Shown: positions 15,187 through 37,163 of the stretch, in pieces
Layout of the letters: each line of letters opens with the position of its first letter
How positions within the stretch are numbered: the first letter of the stretch is position 1
Assembly (NCBI GenBank): GCA_051294905.1
Contig: CM119378.1
Span: forward strand, 9,672,001-9,736,000
Direction: 5' to 3'
DNA from: Botryllus schlosseri
Lineage: Eukaryota
Length of the DNA: 64,000 nt
Position numbers and translations under genes: made by a program
The notes under the pieces: generated by a model
The model's input: the letters and a program-made list of their open reading frames with translations, nothing else
What the model was told of the DNA's origin: nothing
Databases searched by the model: none

Positions 15187-18140
15187 GCCTAGGCGATGTA
15201 AAGAGGAGGCATGCACACTGAATGAAAGCAAAGAAGATAGCATATAAAAAGAAAGCGACAAGAAATAAGGCGGCATGTCATGGGAAGCGAGATCGATAGG
15301 TCACTCGTGGTCCGGTAATCTTGAGGATGGACTGTATTTATTTAGTAGTAATTGCTTGTATTTCGACTTGAATGTGGACATGCTCGTCGACTTCCGGATG
15401 GCCGGCGGGATACTGTTCCACATATCAGGTCCGGCATATTTGATAGAGCGATGATCTTTTCGGTCGTTCATATGATATTTGGACGACGTGGACGCGCGTG
15501 TGTTGTACTTGTGCACTTTTGATTGATATTAATCGAATTCAACTGTAACGATTCCGAAAATCTAAATGCTGCTCGACTTCTCAATTCTCAAAGAATTTGC
15601 CGGTAACATATAACGTCCCGCTACACGCCTACATTTTATCGCTGGTACTACAGAACTACTTACCAATCAAGAACGTGGATAGCTATGAAGTTGTTTGTAA
15701 TTCGAGTTTATGATTGTGAATGTAACGTCCACGGCAGTTAATTTAGCGTCGTATATCAGGAAGACAATGTGTATTTGAAAACTGCGTTATCATTTGGACG
15801 TCGCCATCTGCTGTTCTCTCTGATCAATCAACGTCTCGTGCAATCCATGATTTCGAGTAAGGTTTATCTAATTTGCGAGTTATATTGGTCGTCGGCGCGA
15901 CAGCAACTTAAATTTGAGTATTTTGAAAAGAGGGGTCAGAACCCGTAAACTGAAGACGGCGTTGTCTTTACCTCTCAAAGACATGTTTATACTGTCAAGA
16001 GAATAATTATTCTGTCCGTGATAAAAATTTACTAACAAGTTGCTGCAATATTGATCAATTCAACATAAAAAAAACATATATTTGGCAAAGAGCCATATCT
16101 TATACCCCGAAGAACCATATATGGATCGCGAGGTTCCCGACCACTGTAGTATTGGGTCAATCCTTACAAATTTCGTCACCGGTATATGGCTCGATCCTTC
16201 GTGTGACATATAATTTTAAAACGCAGGTCCTGGAAAATTTGAGCTTTACTACCGCTTCGCATCAAGCCTACAAATGGAAAGTAATGCATTTCTAACGTTG
16301 ATATGCTACGTTTTTATGGGTAGATATGAAAAAGAGAAGGTACAGTCAACCAGATGTACGATATATGCAGTTCTATGAAAGTGATTCATTAAAAAAATTC
16401 GTTGGTTCAGTAGGGTTGATGTCACTGAAATTTCCCCTTCATATGGTATTTTCAATGTATATCTACTTTGTATTGTGTGCTATGGTGGACTATATATCGA
16501 TCGTTTCCATCTGATGTCTCCATGAAAGAATTGTCAAGCTCACAGACGCCTAAATCATTGACATTGGCGGTTAATTTTTCAACAGCATGCATGATTGGCA
16601 GCAATGTGCCCCCATAGCATGCGAAATGTTAATATAATTTAGATTAGGACTTCTATACGTCTTTTGTTTTATTCTGCGGTCCCAATTCACCCGCCACGGT
16701 AATAACTGATAACAAGCTACGTGCATGGCTTAACATAAGCAAATCGTCCCATACCCTGCGCACAGATTTCCAAAGAAACCAAATGTCAGATAAATCTTAC
16801 TATGATTAAACACGTGTGAGAACATTATTCTTGATCATTTTTCATGATGCGCCAGCTATGAAGGACATAGGTCTACAAGTTAGGTAGAAGACTCAACAAT
16901 GACAATTTATCTAGGCCTACTTGTTATGCAAATACTTGACAACCCGCAATATTGCTGCGGTTTTATTTACTGATAAGTCGTTGGCAATTTCTCTGCGTCC
17001 AACGAAATTTCGCAAATGTTATATCCATGTAAATCCAATCGAGTTCACTTTCGTTGGGGTATAGGCAGTGGTTACCACGCGGGATCCATATTGCATTATT
17101 CAGAGTTGCCGTCAGATAATGTCATACAGAGGGTTAGTCGTCGTCACATAAAAATCAAGGACATCCCAATTCTGAGAATAGGGAAGCTGATGTCTAAAAT
17201 AAATCATCATCGGCAATAATTCCGCGATATTCAGGCTTAGCCGAAAGTGGTATAGAATCATACAGATTATTACAATTGTTTATATTCGTGATGATCGCGC
17301 TGCCTGAATATTGCAGCAATACGGCGTCATCGAAACAGTCACATATGGCTCGCGAGCCGTATTTTTCCGACGTAATGATACTCTGAGGGTTCTTCGCAAT
17401 ATTGTGAATATATCCCAACATTCTCAGCCGTAAGCAAGTGTAGTGTATGTGACAAAGACTTGAAATTGCAAGTTTCACAGCCTGGAAATTTTGGATTTTA
17501 AACTGCTGAACACCGCCGCGTTCATAACCAGATTTCACCACAGAGTGTACTTCCCAAAACCGCGCACACGAGGCTGTATCGGTAAATTAAATATCGACCT
17601 TTCGTACAAATGTATCGCGTGACATTTTTATGTTATGTTTGTACGCACAGGGGCGTGCGTAATCTATATAATTTGTGACGCACAGAATCCTAGGCTAACG
17701 CCTGAAAGAGATTCCTTACGGTGCTCACATCATTTGTTGTCAAGATCGCTGTTGTTATGATGCTGTAATATTAATAGATGACGTCCAGTAACACATACGG
17801 TACGTAAAAATAAAACAAGTTTAGGACAGGGCAAAATCCAGTGCCTAACTTATTCGATTAAGAGTAGAGTTCAATTTTCTAGTCGAATTTTCAAGTATTT
17901 CTCATTACGATGTCATACGTACGGAGAACAACGGAAAAATTAAAAGATGTGTCTTTCATTCGACCATCATCAAAAATCCCCCAGAGATTGTCGGTAACGA
18001 ACTATACCTCGACAGTTTTCTTTGCATTCAAACGGGTTTTGTGTACTTCCACTATTGAGTCAAGTTGTTTCGTTTTGGTCTACTTTTACTTCTACTAAGT
18101 AATTGTAACCAAATTTTTCGGATTTTTCAAGTAAGAAATA

Positions 18141-18362
18141 TTTGTTTGTTTGTTGTATTCATAGTGTTTGTCGACTACTATGGTCATTTACACCAGGCCG
18201 ATATTCCTTATATTTTTGATTCCGTATCTGCGGACGTGCAGCACGGCCCACTTTTATTAAATGAAAGACTCCGCTTACGCGGATGCGATAACGACGAGGA
18301 GTCTAGATAAACCTCCAACACTTAGGTAGGAATTCTGGAGTCGACCTCGGTCGGACTCGAAC
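18141..18362 (-). mobile_element. SINE family 2, 5'-truncated copy
   Basis: Reverse complement matches 20725-20944 from the B box through the (TTTG)n tail. Confidence 0.8.
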
Positions 18363-19137
18363 GAAGTCATTTCGGACGATGACTAAGGGTCTATTATATA
18401 GTTCATATTGTCATACAATCATATGGCTCGTCCTGTGACATATACGAATTCCACAACTTTTATGCACATTCTGGAATCAAATAATAAATTTCCATTACAG
18501 AACAGATGCCTAATTGATCGGCGGCTTCATTAATCGAAGTTCGGTGACGTCGGATCTGCTACGACCTTCACCATAACATTTTGATAATTTGTTGCGTTGT
18601 TCGTGGTTGTACCAAGTCATGACGTGCCGAGTCACCATAAGTCCTTCAGTGATTGTCAAGTTTGACGCGACTAAACTCGAGTCATTTTTTTTTATCACCC
18701 GGTGAGCTCAAGTTCGAATAGTTCTACAAATGGTCGCGCCCAAGTCCAAATCACAATTTTCTGTCACGAATCATCAACGGTCATGTTTTACCATCATAAA
18801 CAGGTGATGTGACGTAATAGTTGATCTTCCACTGATTAGTAACTTTTGAAGAAATTGATAGGTTTTGGAGTAGTTTTAAAGCGAGTTTTAAGTTCGCAAA
18901 TCCAAAATGCAGTCGCGCGCTGCACAAAATGGTCTCGCGGGCCGCGTGTTTGAAATCCCTGGTTTAAACGATTAGGAAAAGCGTTTGCTAATGACGTCAC
19001 AAAAGGAATGTTACTTACAAGCTATACGTACAGCTGATATGAACATTGTACGATACTGCACACCCGGTCAACATGTGAAGCATAAACTTGCCTGTTTATG
19101 GAGATAGCTAGTCATTGGTATATTTTAATGTGGATCT

Positions 19138-19214
19138 GGTACACCCCAGTGGTACACCCTTTTACAATTTCTGTACACCCCAGGGTACACGATACACCCG
19201 GTTGGAGAGCCCTG
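19138..19214. repeat. Right-end fragment of a GTACACCC-rich MITE
   Basis: Ends GGTTGGAGAGCCCTG; homologous fragment at 51667-51761; left ends not found. Confidence 0.6.
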
Positions 19215-20660
19215 GTCTGACGCAAAACTAATTTATACACGATGAAATTTTAAATCAGTCTAGTCGGTGTGAAAATTGCTGAAGATTGTCTTACAACTAA
19301 ATAAAGAACGATATTTCGAAGAATTAGTAGCATCCCGTTCTGTCATCCCTATTGTATGATCCATATCAGCTGTGTGATGTTAGAAATGCATTCACCATTT
19401 ATCGCGTATCCCTGGAATTTTAGTTTCAGAGATGGAATTTAATATGGATCAGTGTTCAGTGATCCCTTTCAAATGTTATTGATTGAAATTTTAGTCAGGC
19501 GAGATGGCTCGCGTTTTACCCTGCATTTTCTTACATGGCTTTAATTTAACCTGTCTAGTAATATATGGCAGCATCTCCCCAACGGAAGGAAAAATCGATG
19601 TGGCGCTATATATCGTAGCGTCGTAGGAGATAAGTCGTACCAAGTGCACTTTCGAAAGGAATATATAGGCCTACGATACAGCAATTCTGCAGCCATTTAT
19701 TTCATCGTGCAATTTTACCGATCGGATCACCAAACTATTAACTTGAAATGGTGTTGCCAACGCCATACATTCACGTAGAAAACGATACATATATTTGTGC
19801 CGTGCACGATGGTATAGAATTTCGTACAAGAGAGGAATTTTTCGCAAATAGCGGCAATACGCGACAGCAATATTGCTTGGTGATGCCTGGCAATAATGCA
19901 TGAATTATTCAGAATAGCACGCTCCCAAGATATCTATAGTTTGTGCGCCAGAATCGAAGACAGCAGCGTATATTATAGGAAGATCGAAGATGGTCGAATT
20001 CGTAAGTCAGTCTAGACTTTCCAGTATTATCAGCACAAGGCACAGACGAGGTCTACTCATTTACGATGCTTTGCACAATAATTTTACGGAGTGGTCGATT
20101 ACAGAAAATTGCGCGTTGCACTTGAGTAGGCCTACTTTTTAGAGTTCGCTGTTGTGAACGAATTCGCATAGCGACGGTTGCGATTTCGGTTGATCTATTT
20201 TAGGGGCTGATTTCATGAGTATTGAATTACAGTGTATAACATTTCTGGATGCTATATACAAGTGGTTCTCAATCTTTTCAGCTTGCCGACCGGTGAACTT
20301 ATAAAATCACAATCAACCCGGTGTGTAACTATGAAGCCCAAAACAAAGAGTTGCAACTTATTTGTAATGTGAAATTTTCGGTCGTATTTTTCATATTGCG
20401 CTGATATTATGTATGGTTTTATTGAAGTTTCTGCAATGCAAAGTCATATTAAAACGACAAACTAATATATTGTCAAATGTCATTAAATTGTAATTTCGTT
20501 AAATATTGTTTTAAAAAGTCTCCCTATATTTCACATAACATATTGGTCTTAAACGAGTTGTAGGCTAATTTTAAACATTTTGGTACATCGCTTGCAGCAT
20601 TGATCCGTAGAACAAGACTGAAGTAACAGCATTGTTACGTAGGACACGACGGAAGTATAG

Positions 20661-20944
20661 GTAGCGAGATAGTGTAGTCACCAATAGTGGTATAATCCAC
20701 AGCTGCAACACCAATGGGTGGCGGGTTCGAGTCCGACCGAGGTCGACTCCAGAATTCCTACCTAAGTGTTGGAGGTTTATCTAGGCTCCTCCTCACCATC
20801 TCATCCGTGCAAGCGGTGTCTTATAAAAAGCCTAGAAGTAGACCGTGCTACAAGTCGGCAGCTACGGAATAAAAATGAAGAAAATTGGCCTGGTGTAAAT
20901 GACCATAGTAGACGACAAACACCATAAATATCACAAACAAACAA
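20661..20944 (+). mobile_element. tRNA-headed SINE family 2, full length
   Basis: Head GTAGCGAGATAGTGTAG, B box GGTTCGAGTCC, (CAAA)n tail, perfect 12-bp TSD ACGGAAGTATAG (20649-20660 / 20945-20956). Confidence 0.85.
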
Positions 20945-21050
20945 ACGGAAGTATAGAGTATATGCATGAATTCTACATCAAGTCAGAAAGCATTCTGTAT
21001 CACATTCTAAATATCTAATTGAGTTTAAAAGTTGGTATTCTATTCTAATT

Positions 21051-21130
21051 CAGTGGTTCTCAAACCTTTTTACTCAGGCCCCCGTTTATGATAGTGAAAA
21101 ATTTCGCGCCCCCTTATCGTCATATCACAA
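21051..21130. repeat. Left-end fragment of a CAGTGGTTCTCAAAC MITE
   Basis: Homologous fragment at 63647-63730; right ends not found. Confidence 0.6.
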
Positions 21131-21865
21131 AATACAACCATAATGCTAGCATCCCAACGGATAGCTTAATGGCATGGAAGCTTATGACTTTGGATGAGAG
21201 AATTCTCAAATATGAAATTCGGACTATACACAGAGCAATAAATATAAACTGGAGGTAAATCGCGCGGAGTGCGAAAAAAAATTACAATAAAATCAAAGTT
21301 GGAAGGCCGGAAAGTTGAGCTGGTATTAGTAATTGTCGTTGCGCAACCGATCTCATTGTATTATAGACAAGCCATTAGATTCATTTTATCAAGTAGGTGT
21401 CTGATTCCGTATAATACCCCAAGTCGTTTCGACATCTTCCTATCTTTTCATCGTATCGCAATTTTTGTGGTGTATTGAACTGATAAAAATTGCTAATAAA
21501 CCAAACCGAAGTAAATAAATAGGGAACCTGACCAGTATGTTTCAGTATTTTAGCAGTTCCATCGTATAATTAGATACACAAATCGATACGGGCGAGAGCA
21601 CAATAATGTCGCATTCAGTGAGCGCTTGAGAGATAGAGAACTGCTTCCTCTATTCTAGAGGTTTTCAACCTATGTGCAAGGGCCCACGACTGGCCCATGT
21701 CGTTGTTTTCAATGGACCGCTGAGCTTTTCTGGTACGCAGCAATGGTTTTGAACCTGGAGGTCGCGAAAGTGCTGCGGCCTTATTTTAGTAGCCTACTCA
21801 GCTTCCTAAATAGGCTCGTGTGCTGGGTGACGGTGCTGACCTTTTTTCTTTGTACGCAGTGTAAG

Positions 21866-22110
21866 CAGTGTAATGGTTATGCGTCCGGCTTGTGATCAGT
21901 ATACGTCGTGGGTTCGATCCCCGGCCGGGTTATACCAAAGACTCGAAAATTGGTATCCGCAGCCACCCTGCTAGGCGCTCAGTATTCACGGATAGCATGG
22001 AGGAGAAAAAACGGGGGCGCAGACTACCTCGCGGCCGTATCGCAACTCCGTCGTCAAAGCATCTCTATGGTGCAGGCGAAAAAGAATATCATCTCTTTCT
22101 CTCTCTCTCT
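21866..22110 (+). mobile_element. tRNA-derived SINE family 1, copy 2
   Basis: Colinear and highly similar to 1555-1820, slightly 5'-trimmed, (CT)n tail. Confidence 0.85.
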
Positions 22111-25100
22111 GGGCGGAAGTGTTAACGTCCGTTAGTAATCAGCAGTTCTTCGCCGTGGTTGGTTACCTTTTTTAGTAATCAGCCGGTCTCTGTTCAGGTG
22201 GTGACCGTTTTAGTGTTCTATACCAAACACACCAGGTAACAAGGGCGAACATCGAACAGGGACATGTAAAGCTGTTTGAGTGGTCTGTTTGTCCCGAAGA
22301 ATGTTTCCACGTTTAGCACTGTACTGTGATTGTATTTCGATTGCTTTGGAATGCTAATGAAAGGAATTGCTTTATATTTTGTTGCCATAATAACGAAGTC
22401 TAACGTAGCTTATAGCTCACATTCACGGATGGTTTCTCTTGTTAAGGCCCATTTCGTTCCGAAAATAGTTTCTTATGTACGCACAAGTTAATTGCTTGCA
22501 ATATCAGAAAATGACAGGGCTACACGGGCGAATGTCACAAAACGAGAAGATGTATTTGTGTCGCAAATAGAATTATAACGAAGTGAATACGCGTGGTTTG
22601 ATCTGAACAGAGTTATAGAACGACCCAGCGAGGTCTTATAACCTGCGATAATGTTGTCGCGGCGTAGAAGACGCATGAGGGCGAGTTTTAATTTTTGATT
22701 GTAGTGTCCGACGTGACAGATATCCAATTAGCTTCCCGTCGAAAACCTATCTTTACGGCGCCACAAGTTAATAACGGATGTATCGGTGCAGACTGCAGAT
22801 TGGCATCGCCAAGGAAAGGAAATAATGAAAAGGAGTCGTCTTGCGAAACTTAGTGACACTTGAAGCATACGGGATGACAAACGTACTTTACTGAAAAAAT
22901 GCAGCTCATTTTTGAATAGATGCAGGCCTTTGGTAATAAAATTCTCGCCGAAATTATTCGAAACGAAGAAGGCCTTTAGTGAACAGGATTCTGTTTCTGG
23001 AAAAAATATTCTATGGTATCGCCTGCAATTTTGAGATGTCGGCCAATACTAATAATTACGTAAGTCCTGATGTAAGCGTATCCAAATACTAAGACTATAA
23101 AATTACATATTTCGTCAACCACAGCAGGTAGCTATCCCGTTAATTTGTAAACGATAGCATTTGATGACTTGAAAGCTCATGGTTACGGTTGACTCGATAT
23201 TTTGTGTTGTATTTACATAGCCAGATTCGCCAGGCATATAGCATGTCTTTTGTTATCAACCAACTCCCGCCAAACAACGGAGGACGATTCTAGTTCTATG
23301 GATAGCAGATATACATTTAGAACAATTCTCTATCATGTTCATAATTGCGCGACAGATATATGTCTAACTTATATATCCATCGCGTAATGTCAAAGGGCGC
23401 CAAGGGGTATGCGAAGCATGTATAATGTATATTGTACAGTACTCGAATGACTGGCATCGCTCATGGAACATTTAATTGGATTTGCATTTCTAGCAAGGTA
23501 GTAACACGGCGACTCTGTTGTGACGTAATAGAGGAGTTTGCTCAACGATCACCCGGTGAAATGTCACGTGACACACACGCTATTCGCCCAATATACCTAT
23601 AAGACCAACTTATATAGTTCTGATCAGGCATACAGTCAGCAATTATTTCGTGCGAAATGGTCGACACAGTATAGGTTGTTTTGGTGGCGTCATTTTCTAT
23701 AGTAGTATAACAACGAGGTCGCCAATCTGTCCTGCGATACAGTACAATTTGAAAAGCGTGGAAGATCAATACTTTCAATTGTGCCACAATGAATGTGGCA
23801 AGTCGACATGAAGTGGAGAAAATCTTAGGATTTCACGCATGATACGCCATATGCCGCTATTTCCAACGCTACCAAATATTGATCCAAACTTGATTGAAAA
23901 TTGCAATCCTTCCCCAATCGACACAGCAGAGTGCATCGCTAAATCATAATCAATATGAGCACGACGCAAGAGTTAGTGCAGATTCAATCATTTCCAGTGT
24001 CGATCAGCAAAGTTCACGGTCGCAATTGTGGCATTCTGGAAAATGAAAGCGGCTCGCAAAGCGCCCAAAATATCGATCTTACAAATAGTCGTCATTGGCT
24101 TTATGTGTCTTAGTACCGTACCGCGTATTTCGCGGCCGGTCGTATAAATCTCAGAGGCAGTTAGTCGGTTGTGGGGTTTAAGGTTGCAGTTCTTTTAATG
24201 GTAGATACAAGATACAGAACAGCGCGATTAACGGCCAGAGAAAAGTTTCATACTAATTGATATTATTATACAGTTTTATCGCCTTAGAATACAGTTCGAA
24301 AAATAAATCCGAAATAACAGATTTATAGCTTACGAGCTACGATACAGCAGCCCACAAGCCTGTATATGGACGTCCAGTCCCCAAACGCAAAGGTTCAGCA
24401 TGTTGTGTAATCTGCATTTTTACATAAATTCATTTTTATGTTACTCATCTGGACAATATCTGAGTTGCTACCATGGCTGGAACACCGAAAGCATAGATAG
24501 TAGACACCCATTGGAATTAGAATCCGGAAGATATCAGAATTTTGAGTCAGTAATGATACAACGGATTTTTTCCGATATCAAAATGTCCATATCTTAACTA
24601 AAACTCCCAATTATTGGCAGTAATTTGCAAGATGTTCCTATCATAGGTTTAGTTACAATGAAACTATAGTTATAAAAACTAGTACTTCCAGTTACGAGAT
24701 GTCGGGACACAACATTCAATATTTTCATCAGGAAGTGAACTCCTATAGTCCTCCAGCTGTACTGAGGACCATCTCACTTGTAAAAAAAACTGTAGCAGCC
24801 ATGACATGATTGGGCACTCTGGGCAGGTCGATAAATATCGGTCGATACCGATATTTCTATTCAGTCGGATATAACCGCCCATATATTGGTCTGACTCTGC
24901 TTCGAATATGGCAACTGAAATTTCTGGCAGTAGGATTTTGGGTTTTCGAAGTCGGGGTCAAATACCGAATGGCATACCGATGTGTCGAATTACTTCAGAC
25001 GTCTAATATTACAGCAGCACCCGAAAACGCATAGCATACAATTCGGATGCCCTAAATATTCAGTTTTAACGATATTTGTGACTATATATTTAAAATCTCG

Positions 25101-25378
25101 AGCTATCATCCGAAGCGGCGTGAATGTCATATCCATTCATTTGTTAACGCTAACTTCCCTTTATTGGAAGATGTAGGCTACTTTTACACTTTGTCTAAAT
25201 CATTAACATTTCAACAACAGTAATTTGTACCAGGTGAATTACATCATAACTGATGTCCAGATTTTACACCGATCATACCTAAGGTATTATATAGAATTAT
25301 AACTAAACCCTTTCAAAATACCGCGGTAATCAATGAAATGTAACAGTATTCCTTGACCGGGTGGACATGTGGACATGG

Positions 25379-27541
25379 CAGTGTTGGGATCAAGTCATTA
25401 CCTTCGAGTCACGAGTCATTTCGAGTCATTGCACATTTTGACTCGAGTCAAGTCAAGTCAATCGATTTTTGAAGGTGACTCGAGTCAAGTCAAGTAACTC
25501 GTTTTTTGGAGGTGACTCGAGTCAAGTCGAGTCAAGTCAAGTCAAGTCACGAGTCAAGTCACAATTCAAGTCAAATTGGTTTTTCGAAGTATGAGTGATG
25601 ATTCAAAGTCATTACATTTTCCTAGATGTGTGAAAGACAGATGTATTGGTCATATATCTCGCATCGATAACGAGTATAAAGTCTAATTATACATGCCAAA
25701 GGGCGTTGTATCGCTCACGCAGACGTAGAGCAGCTAATAAAATACGTGAGGTAAAATAGAGGATCGAAATCGAAGCGTCGAAAAGTTGAAACATTATTGA
25801 TATGGTATAATACACTACCCATCTACACATCCGTGAGAATATAAACGCATAAACTATATGCGTTCCATTCAAATCATACAAGGAGGTCGGCAGCACCGTA
25901 ACTGCCGCACCCCAAACCCCCCAATTGGGGGGGGCCCGAGCTCGAAGGGGGCCCAAAATTATTTCGTGAATTAGCATAAATCATAGCGTATTTTTTGAAA
26001 ATTTATGCAAAATTGTTCAAATTTTTTTCGCGCTGCGCGCGAATTCAAGCAGCCATTTTTCTGTATTATTGGATATTGGGCCATTACCGCGCCACGGCCC
26101 ACCAAGACATACAATCAAGTTTTAGGCCATATAACATGCGACTCCAAGAAGTGTGCCAGAACGATCGGTAGCGAGAAAAGCTTGGCCGAAAAGGTCTATG
26201 CCCTTATGCAGACCGAAAACTTCGTTATATAGGCTATACAAAATACATATAGGTTTAATTGTCCATAGGCTCCTGAATGACTGGCGCCGAATGTTCCTGT
26301 CTTTGCAATCTGAACCTCACGAGACAATTACCATCCCGCTGGGGAAAATTTTATGCCAGTGAAGAAATACCAATTTGAAATCGTGTGCGTCTCTTAGTTT
26401 AGAAGCCTACGTTTGGGCGATTCTATAATTTTTGATATAGCAGACTGGAAGTCACGAAATAACACCATAACGAAGTCATATCAACGGGTCCGCCCGCCCG
26501 AAGATGTTTAATCAATATTTACGGGCCCTCCCGTTTTCAAGACACTTCACTCAGCTCAACCGGTAAATCTAATTAAGTGAGTAGAGAGGACAATAAATTG
26601 ATACCATAATATATATGCAATCACCGATCTGATTGACCGATTTTATCATAAATTATCGAAAATTTTCGCGCCTCGCTTTCGCTCGGCTCACAATACAGTA
26701 CATATAATTTCGTGACAAACGCGAACAACGTGATGGGTGCCTGACGAGGTGCTGTTTAATTATTATTGAGTGGTCCTACCTTTTCAAACACACCTCACTC
26801 AGCTCTACCGGCAAATCTGATTACGTCAGCAGAGAGAAGATAAAAATTGATAAAAAATACGCAATTCCCGATCATACTGACTGATGAAATCATAAATTTT
26901 CCGCGCTTCGCGCGCTTAGGCGACAAAAGCTGATTCACTAAACAAAGTCCCGAACTCTAAGATGAATAGTGGTAAACAGTGTATCGCCGGAGGAGGGGGT
27001 CTGGGGGGCGAAGCCCCCCAGAAGTTCGGTCTATAACCCTATCGGGGGCCCAAGACCAAAGTTTTTGGGGGGGGGCCTGACGAAGTGCTGTTACGGCCCT
27101 GGAGGTCGGTTAAGGTGGGCACTGCCCGATGAAAGCCGTCTAAGAAACAGAGATACGTTTGCTATTAGATTATACTACTGATTGAACATTAACGTAAGCT
27201 GCCATCAGTTCGTTTTCGGCCAATTTATTTGTGATGTAACAAGGGGCCACTGAAAGGTACAATCAGTGAATGACTGGTTGCTCTCACAAGTGACACATGC
27301 GTATCACGAATAATCCGACCATAAAAAAGATACAGAGATTTAATCGACACCGTTTACTTGGTGACTTGAAATTGACTCGTCAATTTTGCTCCGAGTCACG
27401 AGTCAATCCACATTTCTGAAGCGCCGAGTCAAGTCAAGTCAAGTCATTTTTTCAAAGTGACTCGAGTCAAATCAAGTCATACGAAAAAGTTGACTTGAGT
27501 CTGACTCGAGTCAAGTCATGACTCGAGTCATGCCAACACTG
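25379..27541. mobile_element. hAT-type element (GAGTCAAGTC-rich) just upstream of Syt exon 1
   Basis: TIR CAGTGTTGG..CCAACACTG; perfect TSD GGACATGG; hosts 25891-27101. Confidence 0.9.
25891..27101 (+). mobile_element. hAT-type CAGGGCCGTAAC family, nested copy
   Basis: CAGCACCGTAAC..GTTACGGCCCTG; perfect TSD GAGGTCGG. Confidence 0.9.
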
Positions 27542-27660
27542 GGACATGGACTATGATGCGATGTTTATTTCGTTTTATTTTAACAGTTTTCTGTCTAATG
27601 GTGTAAGTTCTGATACCTTCCGCACGGGGATACATTTGAGAGTGATTGTAGTCACCAGGG

Positions 27661-36035
<8,375 letters not shown>

Positions 36036-37163
36036 GGGCTTTTCTTAGAGATATCATTGCCGAATGAAAACTGTAACTAGTTAGCGAGGTAGCTCGGCAT
36101 TGTCAGTAAGTAGGCAGACGTAGAAACCTACATCCCAACGTACAGACAGTTCTCGTAGATTTATTCCCTCACCTATTCATTTTTTCACGAATTCCTATCG
36201 AGGGCCGTTTTCAGGCCGACACTGGATTAAAATTACAGCTAAGCATTCATTTTCCTAAATTTCGGCGTTACAATTCAAGAACGCGGCTCGCATTTTAAAT
36301 TCTGCTTCATCCTGAGGTGCTCTCCTATCCATATTGATAACGCAATATTTCAACTGGAAATTTAGGGACACATCAAGCTGGCTAACTAGTAATCACAGCC
36401 TACCGCTTCAGATCGTATAGAAACATACTATTTCAACTATACCCAACAATACAATATAGTTAAATGAAACGTTTAGACACCTCCGGTGCATGTGCAACAT
36501 TCAACTGTTACTGTTTGTGTGCTTTTAACTTATATATATATATTATTTTTAATTGTTTTGTGGGACGTTGCAATTACTGTAAGATCCTTGTTCCAGTGTA
36601 CTGCGTTCATACTGTTGCTGTTATAATGCACGAATCATGTTTATCGATTTTCTCTAAGTGATCCTTGGTCGACCAAGAGATCACAAACGCATCGTTGTTG
36701 CTGAATGCACTCGGGACTCGGACGCTACGAGCAGGGTTAATGTATTGAACTTGAAGAAACTATTCTTCCGTGTGCAGCGAAATAACGAGTTCATCCCGGC
36801 TGATTATAACCCCATCATCAATGAAGCGTACTGTAAATGACATCAAAGTACATGTCATTATTATAGGATAAACGTACGCACTGAGGGTGCGCAGATTTCT
36901 TGATGTTGCAGTAGACGTATTCACTGTTCAATGTGTCCATTCTTTGCACAATATCTTTACGTACGAAAATATCTCGGTGCGCCCTTACAATTGTTACGAT
37001 GGAATTGTAAGGATGAATACGCTATATCAAGTTCACGCTTTGCTATAGTTTCCAATACTTAACGTACAAATATACTGTATATAACGGCGCTGAATTCAAC
37101 TCAAATATACGTTACCAAGGAGGAATTGTGCGTGTATTACTAGAAGTCTTGATCAACTGTACT

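Larger units (their letters stand above)
13513..15524 (-). mobile_element. Non-LTR (CR1/L2-group-like) 3'-end element, split by the hAT MITE 13636-15186
   Basis: Encodes HKYNTR..SIKYAGPDMWNSIPPAIRKSTSMSTFKSKYKQLLL, typical of the post-RT C-terminus of CR1/L2-group ORF2; (TGA)n tail; matches 50282-50754. Confidence 0.8.
11521..16146. mobile_element. hAT-type element enclosing several nested insertions
   Basis: TIR TAGTGGTCGGGAACC..GGTTCCCGACCACTG; perfect TSD TAGTATTG (11513-11520 / 16147-16154). Confidence 0.8.

Noticed and set aside
20029-20049. NRSE/RE1-like site upstream of Syt
   Set aside because: Only TCAGCAC matches; the GGACAG half-site is absent.
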